Of a DNA stretch of 64,000 bases, positions 36,974 to 46,860 are shown piece after piece. Source of the DNA: an uncultured Actinomycetes bacterium (GTDB taxonomy: Bacteria > Actinomycetota > UBA4738 > HRBIN12). The position numbers and the translations under genes are program-made. Below the pieces are notes generated by a model. That model was given only the letters and a program-made list of their open reading frames with translations. It had not been told where the DNA came from and did not search any database. Where the stretch lies: assembly GCA_963821925.1 (NCBI GenBank), contig CAWGFO010000012.1:4123-68122 (forward strand), given 5' to 3'. Within the stretch, counting starts at the first letter, position 1. The number at the start of each line of letters is the position of its first letter.

Positions 36974-38127
36974 GGGTCACCCCGACCGATCCCGAGGCCG
37001 AACGCGAGCTCGTCGCGCTCGCGCACTCGTTCGCCGAACGCGAGATCCGCCCCGTGGCCGCGGCCCTCGACGAGGCGGAGGCCTTCCCGTGGGAGGTCTT
37101 CCACGCCGCGTGCGCGGTGGGCCTGGCGAGCGTCGACATACCGACCGAGTACGGCGGCATGGGGATCGAGAGCCTCCTCACCGCGTGCCTGATCACGGAA
37201 GAGCTGACCTGGGGCGACAGCGGGGTCTCCGCGGTGATCAGCGGCAATGGGTTCTTCGCCGGTCCGATCCTCGCCTTGGGCACCGAGACGCAGAAGCAGG
37301 CGTGGGTCGTCCCGCTCACCGCGCCCGACGCCCCCGCGGCGGGCCTGGCCCTGACGGAGCCCGGCGCCGGGTCGGACGCCGCCGCGATCGTGACGCACGC
37401 GCGCCGGACCGACGGCGGCTACCTGCTGAACGGCTCGAAGACGTGGATCTCGAACGCGCCCGACGCCGACCGCTACCTCGTCTACGCGACGGTGGAGCCC
37501 GGATCCCGGTCGCGCGGGATCACCACGTTCGTAGTGGCGAAGGGCGACGAGGGCTTCACGCTCGGCAAGAAGATCCCGAAGCTCGGCACGCGGTGCTGCC
37601 CCAGCGGAGAGCTGTTCTTCGACGACTGCTTCGTGGCCGAGGATCGCCGGATCGGCGATGAGGGGCAGGGGTTCCGCGGCGTGCTCGAGTGGTTCGATCG
37701 CTCTCGCGTACTGCTCGCGGCTGGCTCGTGCGGGGTCGGGCGCGCCGCCCTCGAGCACGCGGTCGCCTACGCGAACGAGCGCGAGGCCTTCGGCAAGAAG
37801 ATCCACGAGTTCCAGGCGGTCTCGTTCCGGCTGGTGGACGCGAAGCTGAAGCTCGACCAGGCGCGGCTCCTCACCCACCACGCCGCCCGGCTCGCCGATG
37901 CCGGCGAGCCCTACACGACGGAGTCGGCGATGGCGAAGGTCGCCGCGAGCGAGGCCGCCTTCTTCGCGGCGTGGGCGGCGATGCAGACGCTCGGAGGGAA
38001 CGGCTACTCGCGCGAGTTCCCGGTGGAGAAGCTGCTGCGCGACGCGAAGCTCGACGAGATCTGGGAAGGGACCAGCGACATCCAGCGCCTGATCGTGGCG
38101 CGATCGATGTTCCGCGACGAAGGGTGA
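36970..38127 (+). CDS. Acyl-CoA dehydrogenase
   Basis: ALTEPGAGSD, GSKTWISN, REAFGKKI, GGNGY, IWEGTSDIQR. Confidence 0.92.
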   Translation: MRVTPTDPEAERELVALAHSFAEREIRPVAAALDEAEAFPWEVFHAACAVGLASVDIPTEYGGMGIESLLTACLITEELTWGDSGVSAVISGNGFFAGPILALGTETQKQAWVVPLTAPDAPAAGLALTEPGAGSDAAAIVTHARRTDGGYLLNGSKTWISNAPDADRYLVYATVEPGSRSRGITTFVVAKGDEGFTLGKKIPKLGTRCCPSGELFFDDCFVAEDRRIGDEGQGFRGVLEWFDRSRVLLAAGSCGVGRAALEHAVAYANEREAFGKKIHEFQAVSFRLVDAKLKLDQARLLTHHAARLADAGEPYTTESAMAKVAASEAAFFAAWAAMQTLGGNGYSREFPVEKLLRDAKLDEIWEGTSDIQRLIVARSMFRDEG

Positions 38128-38279
38128 GCGCGGCGGCGGAGCATGGACGTGCGGTCATCGCTCAACACGCTGAGGGCGTCAGGGGACCCGCCTGCCCGGG
38201 GTCGCCCTGGAGCGCATCAAGGCATAGCCTGGTCCTCGCCAGAGCGTCACGCGAGCCCGTGTTTCTCGAACGGAGGTGC

Positions 38280-39155
38280 ATGCGTCGTTACCTGATCTTG
38301 CTGATCGCCTTGGCGAGCCTCGTGGCGTTCCCGGGCGCCGCGTCGGCGCAGTTCCCGGGAGCGAACGGCGCGATCGCGTTCAGCAGGGTGGTCGGCACCG
38401 GCGGTGGCATCGCGACGATCTCGAGCCCCGGCGACACCCCAGCGATGCTCACGGCGTCGTGGGGCTTCGATCGGCAACCTTCGTACTCTCCCGACGGATC
38501 GCGCATCGTTTTCCTCAGGGGCACGAACGTCTGGGTCATGAACGCCGACGGCAGCGGGGCGACGCGATTGACGCGTGGACGCGAGGCCGAGCAGTGCCCA
38601 GGATGGTCGCCGGACGGCCAGACGATCGTCTACGAGCGCGGCCGTGACCTGTGGACGACCGACGCCGACGTTCCCGATCCGCACCGCCTCACGAACACAC
38701 CGGCGTTCGACGAGTACTGCCCTTCATGGTCACCCGACGGGTCGACGATCGCGTTCATCATCGGAGGGCGACGGGACCACCGGTGGGACCTCGCGCTCAT
38801 GGCGCCCGACGGGACGGATCGACGTCGCATCACCTCCGACCGGCACGCCCAATTCGGCCCGGACTGGGCGCCCGACGGCTCGGTGGTCGTCTTCAACGAA
38901 TACGATCAGTTCGGGTTCTCGTCGATCGTGACGATCACTCCCGACGGCGCCGATCGCACGGTCGTGTTCGAGGGAGGCGTCCGGGGCGCCTTCGACCCCG
39001 TCTTCTCGCCCGACGGGCTGTCGATCGCCTTCTGGCGCTCGACGCGGGACCACACGCACGTCTGGGTCGTCGGCGCCGATGGAAGCGACCCCACCCGGGC
39101 GACGATAGGACCGGCGGATGACGCGTTCCCTGGGTGGCAGCCGGTCACCACCTGA
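38280..39155 (+). CDS. Secreted TolB-like PD40 beta-propeller protein
   Basis: Signal peptide then FPGANGAIAF; repeated W/YSPDG; GGAGG SD. Confidence 0.85.
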   Translation: MRRYLILLIALASLVAFPGAASAQFPGANGAIAFSRVVGTGGGIATISSPGDTPAMLTASWGFDRQPSYSPDGSRIVFLRGTNVWVMNADGSGATRLTRGREAEQCPGWSPDGQTIVYERGRDLWTTDADVPDPHRLTNTPAFDEYCPSWSPDGSTIAFIIGGRRDHRWDLALMAPDGTDRRRITSDRHAQFGPDWAPDGSVVVFNEYDQFGFSSIVTITPDGADRTVVFEGGVRGAFDPVFSPDGLSIAFWRSTRDHTHVWVVGADGSDPTRATIGPADDAFPGWQPVTT

Positions 39156-39204
39156 GCGTCGGCCTCGCTGTCGACCCTCCTGGGATGATCCGACGGAGCC
39201 GGCG

Positions 39205-39720
39205 TCAGGCGGTGACGAGCGCGGTCGCGAGCGTCGTGCCCCACGCGGTCGCGCGAGCGAGCTCGCCGTCGACCAGCTGGTTCTGTTTCGTGACCAGGAA
39301 GCTCTCGCGGTCGACCACGAGGTGGAACCCTTGACCGGTCAGCCGCTTCGCGATCCCCTTCGAGGCCGCGCCCGTGAACGCCACCGGGGCGTCGATCCGC
39401 GTGTCGAACGCCACGGCCGGGTGGCCGTCGCCGGAGAGGCGGTCGATCCACTCGCGGAGGCCCGGGCCCATCGTCGGTTCCTCGTAGGTCCGCTTCGCGT
39501 CCTCGATCGCGGTCTTCCTCGTGGTTCCACGCGACATGCCGTGGGCGTGGGTGGGTCCCCCGACGACCAAGAGATCATTCGCGACCGCGTCCTCGGGCGT
39601 GACCTCGTTCACGCCGGCGATCGAGACCTCGGCGCCGCCGGCCCGGATCCCTTCGGCGATCGCGCGGGCGATGGCGGCGGTGTTCCCATACATCGACTCG
39701 TAGACGATGCGCACCTGCAT
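39205..39720 (-). CDS. Flavodoxin family protein
   Basis: VYESMYGNT, VGGPTH, AFDTR. Confidence 0.9.
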   Translation of the reverse strand: MQVRIVYESMYGNTAAIARAIAEGIRAGGAEVSIAGVNEVTPEDAVANDLLVVGGPTHAHGMSRGTTRKTAIEDAKRTYEEPTMGPGLREWIDRLSGDGHPAVAFDTRIDAPVAFTGAASKGIAKRLTGQGFHLVVDRESFLVTKQNQLVDGELARATAWGTTLATALVTA

Positions 39721-39860
39721 GACGAACCCCCAGACGTCTGCCTTGGGAACCAGGCTAGGCAGACGTCGCGTCCGCCGACCCGGCCACCCGTCCCTGCTCG
39801 GGGGGGGCGGACGGGCCGGCGTCGGGCGACCTCTGGTGCGCGGCCGAGGTCGACCGCGGT

Positions 39861-40148
39861 CTACATCTTCGACATGATGCCGCGGACGGCGGTTCCATCG
39901 AAGGCGCGCATCGTCTGCGTGCGAACGTTCCCCAGGGAGGAGAGCTTCGCGAGGAACGTCACGGCGGTTTCGTCGTCGGGGAACTCGGAGATCGCCACCA
40001 TGTCGAACTGGCCCATCGTCCAGTAGACCTGGAGCGAGCCACCCATGTCGGCGACGAGTTTCTGCGCGGCCTCGGCGCGATCCACCGTGTTCGAGGCGGT
40101 CTTGGCCCCCTCGTCGGTCCAGTTGATCAGGCTGACGTACGTGGTCAC
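39861..40148 (-). CDS. GYD domain protein
   Basis: YVSLINWTDEG...WTMGQFD...GNVRTQTMRAF. Confidence 0.85.
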   Translation of the reverse strand: MTTYVSLINWTDEGAKTASNTVDRAEAAQKLVADMGGSLQVYWTMGQFDMVAISEFPDDETAVTFLAKLSSLGNVRTQTMRAFDGTAVRGIMSKM

Positions 40149-40270
40149 GACAACTCCTTCCACTCCGGGCAGGGTTCGATCCTAGGACGATCGCCCGTGT
40201 CGTGCTCACGGCGCCGCATGGACCGGACGCGCTCGGGCCGCTAGCCTCGCTCCGCGATGAGGGATCCCGG

Positions 40271-40852
40271 ATGCACCTGAGCCCCACCGAAGTGGCGCGC
40301 CTACGGATCTTCCAGGCCGCCGAGCTGGCGCGCCGGAACCGCGACTACGGGCTCACGCTGAACGCCCCCGAGGCGATCGCGATCGCCTGCGACGAGATGC
40401 ATCTCGCGGCACGAGCCGGCGGATCGATCGAGGACGTGCTCGCGGCCGGGAGGGCCTCCGTGGCACCCGAGGACCTGATGGACGGCGTCGCCGATCTCGT
40501 CGCCGAGATCAGGCTGGAGGTCGTCCTCGACGAGGGCACGCGGCTCGTCGTGCTGCGAGGCCTCGCAGCACGCGATGACGACGAGCATCCCGGCGAGGTC
40601 GTCACCGTGGTGGGCGAGGTCACGATCAACGCCGGCCTCGACCCCGTCGAGCTCGCCGTGACGAACGACTCGGACCACACGGTGCGTGTCTCGTCGCACT
40701 TCCCGTTCGATCGGAGCAACCCGCGGCTCACGTTCGACCGGGCGGCTGCGCGCGGCACCCGGCTGGACATCGCGGCGGGCGACACCGTGCGGTGGGCGCC
40801 CGGCGAGACGCGCACGGTCCGGCTCGTGCGGATCCCCGAAGGTGGCGCCTGA
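40271..40852 (+). CDS. ureAB: Fused urease gamma/beta-like subunit
   Basis: MHLSPTE...LNAPEA...EGTRLV (gamma); PGEV...VRVSSHFPF...N..L.FDR...RLDIAAG (beta). Confidence 0.85.
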   Translation: MHLSPTEVARLRIFQAAELARRNRDYGLTLNAPEAIAIACDEMHLAARAGGSIEDVLAAGRASVAPEDLMDGVADLVAEIRLEVVLDEGTRLVVLRGLAARDDDEHPGEVVTVVGEVTINAGLDPVELAVTNDSDHTVRVSSHFPFDRSNPRLTFDRAAARGTRLDIAAGDTVRWAPGETRTVRLVRIPEGGA

Positions 40853-42577
40853 TGCCCTTCGGGATGTCGCGCGATGAGTACGCGCGCCGGTACGGCCCGA
40901 CCACGGCCGACCGCGTGCGGCTGGGCGACACCGACCTGTGGGTCGAGGTCGAGGCCGACCACGTCGGGTTCGGCGACGAGCCGCTGTGGGGCTACGGGAA
41001 GAACATCCGCTCGCGGATGACGCAGTCCGACCGGGTGCCCGCCGAGAGCGAGCTCGACGTGCTCGTGGCCGGCGTGCTCGTGCTCGACCCCTACCTGGGC
41101 GCCGTGAAGGCGAACATCGGGATCAAGGACGGCCGCATCGTCGGGATCGGGCGGGCCGGCAACCCGGACATCACCGCCGGCATCGACATGACGATCGGCC
41201 CGAACACGCTGCCGATCATGGGGTACGGACTGATCGCGACGGCGGGAGCCGTCGACAGCCACGTCCACCTGATCACGCCAAACCTGCTGCCCGTGGCCTT
41301 GTCGGCCGGGGTCACGACCCTGATCACCGCGGGGTTCGAGGAGCCGCCGATCGCGATGGGGATCACGATGCGTGCGATCGAGGGGTCGCCCGTCAACCTG
41401 GGACTGCAGGCGAGCGCACGTACCGACGTTCCCTCGGCCGTCGAGCGCGTGATCGAAGCGGGCTCGATCGGGCTGAAGATCCACGAGGACTGGGGCGCGT
41501 ACCCCGAGGTGATCGACGCCACGCTTCGGCTCGCCGACGCGTACGACGTCGCGGTCTGCCTGCACACCGATTCCCTGAACGAATCGGCCGAGCTCGCGGA
41601 CACCGTGGCGGCGATCGCGGGCCGCGCGGTGCACGCGTACCACGTCGAAGGCACCGGCGGCGGTCACGTCCCCGACCTGCTGGGCCTGGTGCGCGAGCCG
41701 AACATCGTGTGCTCCTCGACCACGCCGACGGTGCCGTTCGGGACGGGGACCGCGCGTGAGCACGGCGACATGATCCTGATGGTCCACGCCGGCAACCCCG
41801 ACGTCCCCGGGGATGTCGAGGCCGCGGCGGAGCGGGTACGCCCGATCACGATGGCCGCCGAGGGGCCGCTGCACGACCTAGGCGCGATCTCGATCATCAA
41901 CAGCGACTCGCAGGGCATGGGGCGGATCGGCGAGACGGTGCGCCGGACCTGGCAGCTCGCGCACGCGATGAAGGGGTGGCGCTCGACGGAGGCCGGACAG
42001 GGGTGGCCGTCGCCGCCCTCGCTGCCCCGCCCCGCGGGGATGACGCCCGGCGGCGCCGACAACGAGCGCGTGCTCCGCTACCTCGCGAAGCACACGGCGG
42101 AGCCGGCGATCGTGCACGGCGTCGCCGACGAGGTGGGGTCGCTCCGGCCCGGGCGTCTCGCCGACATCGTGCTGTGGGAGCCCTCGCGCTTCGGCGTGCA
42201 GCCCGCGCTCGTGCTGAAGGCGGGCCACGTCGCGTGGGGACCACTCGGGCGAGGGCAACGCGTCGGTCGAGGGGGCGGAGCCGGTCGCCTACGCGCCCCA
42301 TTGGGCGGCCACGGGACGCGCCGCCGCATCCGTCGCGACCACCTTCGTCTCGCGGGCGGCGCTCGACGCCGGCATCCGCGAGCGCCTCGGGAGCGCCCGC
42401 CGGTTCGTGGCCGCGCACGACACGCGCGGGGTCCGGCGCGACACGCTGCTCGCGAACCGCGCGGCGCCGCCGATCGAGGTCGACCCCGCCGATGGCACGG
42501 TCCGGCTCGACGGACGGGAGCTCCGATGTGAGCCCGTCGCCGAGGTGCCGCTGAACCGACGCTACCTGCTGGGCTGA
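40852..42577 (+). CDS. ureC: Urease alpha-like subunit (divergent); apparent +1 frameshift at about 42248
   Basis: YGPTTADRVRLGDT, DSHVH, GLKIHEDWG, HTDSLNE, YHVEGTGGGH, SDSQGMGR; the C-terminus ..PLNRRYLLG continues in the shifted frame. Confidence 0.88.
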
Positions 42578-42720
42578 CCGGCCTCGATCGGTTCGTCCTC
42601 CTCGCCGAGCTCCGCGAACCGCACGTACGCCAGCCCGAGCGCGGCGGTGAACACCGCGATGAAGATCACGCCGCCGATCGCGAAGATCACGCCGTCGGTG
42701 ACCGCCAGCCAGGGACTCAT
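42562..42720 (-). CDS. Small single-TM protein (52 aa)
   Basis: Hydrophobic helix plus acidic tail; ATGA coupling to the upstream gene. Confidence 0.6.
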   Translation of the reverse strand: MSPWLAVTDGVIFAIGGVIFIAVFTAALGLAYVRFAELGEEDEPIEAGQPSR

Positions 42721-42908
42721 CGCCGAACCCCCGTGGGGGCGAGCAGGGCGCCGAGCGCGAGGATCGAGGGAACCCACAGGCCTACGAACAGCCCGAGTTC
42801 ACGGTCGGGATCGCCGAACACCCCGAACCACAGCGACACCGACAGCAGGAACGAGACGAACGCCGCCGCCAGGATGATGAGGATCGAGGTCTTGGGGTCG
42901 AGCTTCAT
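42717..42908 (-). CDS. Small 2-TM protein (63 aa) with GLFVGLWVPSIL motif
   Basis: AAGGAG SD; two hydrophobic helices. Confidence 0.7.
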   Translation of the reverse strand: MKLDPKTSILIILAAAFVSFLLSVSLWFGVFGDPDRELGLFVGLWVPSILALGALLAPTGVRR

Positions 42909-43037
42909 GCGGTGCTCCTTCCGGTCGCTGTGGATTCGGAAGCGATGCGGGAGCGGACCGCGGATCGCCGGTGGGTGCATGGGTTCGGTCGGGCGGTCGG
43001 TGCGGACGTCGTACCGGGGAGCAGTAGGGTCCGTGCC

Positions 43038-43418
43038 ATGCGAACGCGCATCGAGGCTCGAGGGACCGCGAGCGCCGCGACGATGTGGGCCGCCTACGCA
43101 GACTCCTCGCGATGGGCGGACTGGGCGCCGCAGATCCGGCGGGTCGAGCCGCTCGGACCGCTCGAGGAGGGTCTGCGAGGTCGGGTGGACGGACCGTTCT
43201 TCTCGCGGGCGAGGTTCGAGGTGACGCACGTGGACGAGACCACGAGGCGATGGTCGTGGAGGGTGGCGATCGGACCCGCGCACCTCGCGATCGATCATGA
43301 GGTGCGCGAGGGCGCCACAGCCGTCGTGATCGAGGGACCCGCTCCGCTCGTCCTCGCCTACGCGCCCGTGGCCCGACTGGCGCTCACCCGGCTGGCGAAC
43401 CTCGCTCGGGCCGGATAG
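43038..43418 (+). CDS. SRPBCC (polyketide cyclase-like) family protein
   Basis: WAAYAD..RWADWAPQI; TAGGGT -10 box 7 nt upstream. Confidence 0.75.
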   Translation: MRTRIEARGTASAATMWAAYADSSRWADWAPQIRRVEPLGPLEEGLRGRVDGPFFSRARFEVTHVDETTRRWSWRVAIGPAHLAIDHEVREGATAVVIEGPAPLVLAYAPVARLALTRLANLARAG

Positions 43419-43421
43419 GTC

Positions 43422-44711
43422 CTACCGGAACAGGCGCTCGGCCGCGAACCGGGAGACCGACACGAGCCCGACGGCGCCGACGACCACGACCCGGGCGCCG
43501 TCGAACGTGGCGGCCGACGCGACGCTCGGGCCGGCGGGCCACGGGGTCGCCTGGACGCCGTGGTCCCCGAAGCTCGTGTCGCGCGCACCCAGCGGCTTGT
43601 ACCGGGCGACGAACATGTCGGGGTTGCGGAACCCCACCACGATCAATCGGCCGTCCCGCTGCCGGATCAGCCCGCCCGCCTGATCGGCGCTCCCGACGTC
43701 GTCGATCACGAGCCCGTCCCCACCACCGAAGCTCGTATCAGGCGTCCCGGACGGATCCAACCGGAGGAGGGCCACGTCGGGTGGGTCGACGCCGTTCGAG
43801 ACCGTCCCGGCGAGGACAACGCCACCGTCGGGAAGCGGCACGACGCCGGTGGCGCGGTTGCTGACCGACTCCGGGGTGAACGTCGCGAGCCCGTCGCCGT
43901 CGAATCCGGGATCCAGATCCCCGTCGCTGCGGTACCGCGCGGCCGCGAACGCGTACGTGGACCCATCCCAGACCGTCCCGACGGCCACGACCTTCGCGCC
44001 CACGCGAGTGATGGCCGTGCAGATCGCTTCCGTCTGTCCGGGGAACGTGGTCAGGACCCGACCCGCGGACCCGAACGAGGCGTCGAGGCCGCCGTTCGCG
44101 CGGTAGCGGGCCAGCGCGAACCCCGCCGGAGAGCCCGCGTAGAACCCGCACACCACGAACCGTCCGTCGGGCAACAGCGTCATGGCATGACCGAATGCGC
44201 CGTCGGGCTGGAACTTCGTGACGACGATCCCGTCACCGCCGCCGAACGTGTGGTCGAGGCGTCCGTCGGGTGTCAGCCGCAGCACCACGAACCGACCGGT
44301 GGACGACACGGGGTCGAAGCCCTGCCCCGCCACGAGGATCTTGTCGTCCGGCAGTACCGCGACGGCGTTGGCGATGTCGGCATCCCCGAACAGGTTGCGG
44401 GTGAATCGCCCGTCCCCGCCGCCGAAGGTCCGGTCCAGCGTCCCGTCGGCCCTCAGTCGGACCACGGCCATGTCCTCGTCCGCCTCGAACCCGACCGCGC
44501 CGACCACGATGGCTTCGTGACCCTGCATCGCGACCGCACGGGCCTCGGCCACCTCGCCGCCGAACGCGACCTGGGCGCGCCCGCCTTCCCCGAACGATCG
44601 GTCGAGCCGCCCGGGGAGCCCGGCCACGGCGGCGCTCGGCGCGCCGAGCAGGAACGCGGCCGCCGAGACGACCGCCACGAGCCCACGGAACTTCGTTCCA
44701 TGCGAACCCAT
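43422..44711 (-). CDS. Secreted delta-60 repeat (beta-propeller) protein
   Basis: Signal peptide; about 7 repeats of DG.LD.(T/S)FG..G and PDG(K/R)I(V/L)V.G. Confidence 0.85.
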   Translation of the reverse strand: MGSHGTKFRGLVAVVSAAAFLLGAPSAAVAGLPGRLDRSFGEGGRAQVAFGGEVAEARAVAMQGHEAIVVGAVGFEADEDMAVVRLRADGTLDRTFGGGDGRFTRNLFGDADIANAVAVLPDDKILVAGQGFDPVSSTGRFVVLRLTPDGRLDHTFGGGDGIVVTKFQPDGAFGHAMTLLPDGRFVVCGFYAGSPAGFALARYRANGGLDASFGSAGRVLTTFPGQTEAICTAITRVGAKVVAVGTVWDGSTYAFAAARYRSDGDLDPGFDGDGLATFTPESVSNRATGVVPLPDGGVVLAGTVSNGVDPPDVALLRLDPSGTPDTSFGGGDGLVIDDVGSADQAGGLIRQRDGRLIVVGFRNPDMFVARYKPLGARDTSFGDHGVQATPWPAGPSVASAATFDGARVVVVGAVGLVSVSRFAAERLFR

Positions 44712-44842
44712 CCGCACCCTCCCGTCGACGGCCTGGCTCCCAGGAGAACCTAGGCGCGGTCCGGGCCAGTGGTCAATCCCAAGGCCGGGCAGGGGCACGG
44801 AGGTCGCAACCTCGGTCGCCGGATGCGGATAGCCTGCCTCTG

Positions 44843-45271
44843 ATGGATGCGCAGGCACTCGACTTCTGGCTCGGCGAGTGGGACTGCACCTGGGACGGGG
44901 GCTCCGGCACGAACGCGATCACCCGCGACCTGGGGGATGCGGTCATCGTCGAGCGGTTCGAGGCGATCGAGCCCGACCGGTGGTCGGGGATGAGCGTCTC
45001 GGTCTTCGATCCGTCCAGCGGCTGGCGGCAGACCTGGGTCGACTCGAACGGCAGCTACTGGCACTTCCACGGGACCCTCGTCGACGGCGACCTCGCGTTC
45101 GCGACGCTCGGGCCCGTGGACGCGGACGCGACCCTCAAGCGGATGGTCTTCTCGGCGGCGACGCCGGAGGGATTCGATTGGCGCTGGGAGCGGTCGCCCG
45201 ACGGTGAGTCGTGGGAACCCCGCTGGGCGATCGCGTATCGGCGGAGGGGCGTCGCTCCCCCGACCGCGTAG
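44843..45271 (+). CDS. Hypothetical protein (DUF1579-like beta-barrel)
   Basis: LDFWLGEW, WRQTWVD, WRWERS.DG.SW...W...Y.R. Confidence 0.75.
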   Translation: MDAQALDFWLGEWDCTWDGGSGTNAITRDLGDAVIVERFEAIEPDRWSGMSVSVFDPSSGWRQTWVDSNGSYWHFHGTLVDGDLAFATLGPVDADATLKRMVFSAATPEGFDWRWERSPDGESWEPRWAIAYRRRGVAPPTA

Positions 45272-45283
45272 ACGCCGGGCCTC

Positions 45284-45634
45284 TCAGCAGGTCACGTGCA
45301 GGACCGCGTTCGTCCCGGCGTCGGCCTGGCGCAACAGATCGATCGCGTCGACGGTGGGGACGATGACCAGCTCGACACCGCGGCGCGCGGCCTCCTCGGT
45401 CACCTCCGGGAGCACCGGGAGGGCGCCGTCCGCCCCGCTGCCGATCACGAGGCGGTCGCACGCCCACGGCAGGTCCTCGGCGGCCGACAGCGGCGTGTGC
45501 CCGTAGCCGGCACGCAGCGCCTTCGATGGACCCTTCTTCCGTTTGCGGAGATGCCCGCCGTCGATCACGACGTCGTGCTCGTACGTCACCCCGTCGATCT
45601 CGATCTCACCGAAGGCGTACCGACCGAACTCCAC
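45284..45634 (-). CDS. Mth938/DUF498-like domain protein
   Basis: FGEIEIDG..Y..D, LVIGSG, C-terminal LHVTC. Confidence 0.85.
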   Translation of the reverse strand: MEFGRYAFGEIEIDGVTYEHDVVIDGGHLRKRKKGPSKALRAGYGHTPLSAAEDLPWACDRLVIGSGADGALPVLPEVTEEAARRGVELVIVPTVDAIDLLRQADAGTNAVLHVTC

Positions 45635-45765
45635 ACCGACACGGTACGCGTTCGTCGGACGCAGCACTGACCGAAGGCCCTGCGGACCCGGGGACGGGCG
45701 CCCTCATCCTCCGTTCGGCGCGCGCGGAAGACTCGAGGCACTACGCCGATGAACCGGAGGTCACG

Positions 45766-46491
45766 ATGGCGTCGACACGGATCGCCGAGCCCACGCGCTC
45801 GGGGCCACACCCCGTCACGGAGCGATCGGCGCCCGCCGCCGCAGCGCACCCGAGAGAGCTACGAACCGCCGGCTTCCTGCTCTCGCTCGCCGGGATCGGG
45901 ATCCTGATGGGGAGCATCACGGCCGAGGCGCTCTACCCCGCCGTGTTCACGACCCACGCGAACACGCTGAGCCACCTGGGGGCGTCCGAACCGCCCGACA
46001 GCGTCGTCCTGCAGCCATCCGCCGCGATCTTCGACCTCACGATGGTGGTCACGGGCGGGATCATCGTGGCGGCCGCCTGGTACCTGCATCGTGCGCTCGG
46101 CAGGAAGAGCGTGACGATCCCGGTCGCGCTGCTCGGGGCCGGCGTGCTGGGGGTCGGTGTGTTCCCCTTGAACCACCTCGCGCCTCACACGCTCTTCGCC
46201 CTGCTCGCCTTCGTTGCCGGAGGTGTCGGCGTCATCACGGCATCCCGGATCACCGAGACAGCGTTCCGCTGGCTCTGGACGATCCTCGGGATGGTCTCGC
46301 TCGTCGCCATCACCCTCGGCATCTTCTTCCTCGAGTGGGGACCGGTCGCCGAGCTCGGTGAGGGCGGGATCGAACGCTGGAACGCCTTCCCGGTCGTACT
46401 GTGGCTCGTGGCCTTCGGGAGCTACCTGATGGCGAAGGCAGGGGTACCGCGACGCCCGGAGGAGACCGATGGCGCACACCACGATCGATGA
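45766..46491 (+). CDS. DUF998 membrane protein
   Basis: LSHLG, GVGVFP...H, GGIER; GGAGG SD. Confidence 0.82.
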   Translation: MASTRIAEPTRSGPHPVTERSAPAAAAHPRELRTAGFLLSLAGIGILMGSITAEALYPAVFTTHANTLSHLGASEPPDSVVLQPSAAIFDLTMVVTGGIIVAAAWYLHRALGRKSVTIPVALLGAGVLGVGVFPLNHLAPHTLFALLAFVAGGVGVITASRITETAFRWLWTILGMVSLVAITLGIFFLEWGPVAELGEGGIERWNAFPVVLWLVAFGSYLMAKAGVPRRPEETDGAHHDR

Positions 46492-46787
46492 CCTCGCGAA
46501 CACCGTCACGATCCAGCCGGGGGCCGTCGTGTCGAAGGTCGTGCATCGTGACGGGCGGCCTCGACGTTTCCATCTTCGGCTTCGACGCCGGCGAGGGCCT
46601 CACCGAGCACACCGCGACCCGTGCCGCGATCATCCAGGTGCTCTCCGGCAAGATGGGCGTCACGGTCGACGGTGAAGAGGTCGACGCGGGCCCCGGCAGT
46701 TGGATCCACATGGATGCCGGGGCACCGCATGCGCTCGAAGCCGTCGAGCCGACCGTGATGCTGCTGACGCTCCTCCCCCCGTCATAG
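46469..46787 (+). CDS. Cupin domain protein; apparent +1 frameshift at about 46553
   Basis: VVSKVVH then (shifted) FGFDAGEGLTEHTA...HALEA...MLL. Confidence 0.8.
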
Positions 46788-46860
46788 CCGCCGGGCTTGC
46801 CCGGATCCCGCCCGCCGCGCGACGATGGCCCGACGGTCGAACGGCAGGGAGGGGACCCAC

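Noticed and set aside
186-46560. Frameshifts at about 190, 31994, 33355, 42248 and 46553 as programmed frameshifting or phase variation
   Set aside because: They look like single extra G/C bases in short runs, in unrelated and otherwise intact genes, with no slippery heptamer. This is typical of long-read consensus errors; read mapping is needed to confirm.
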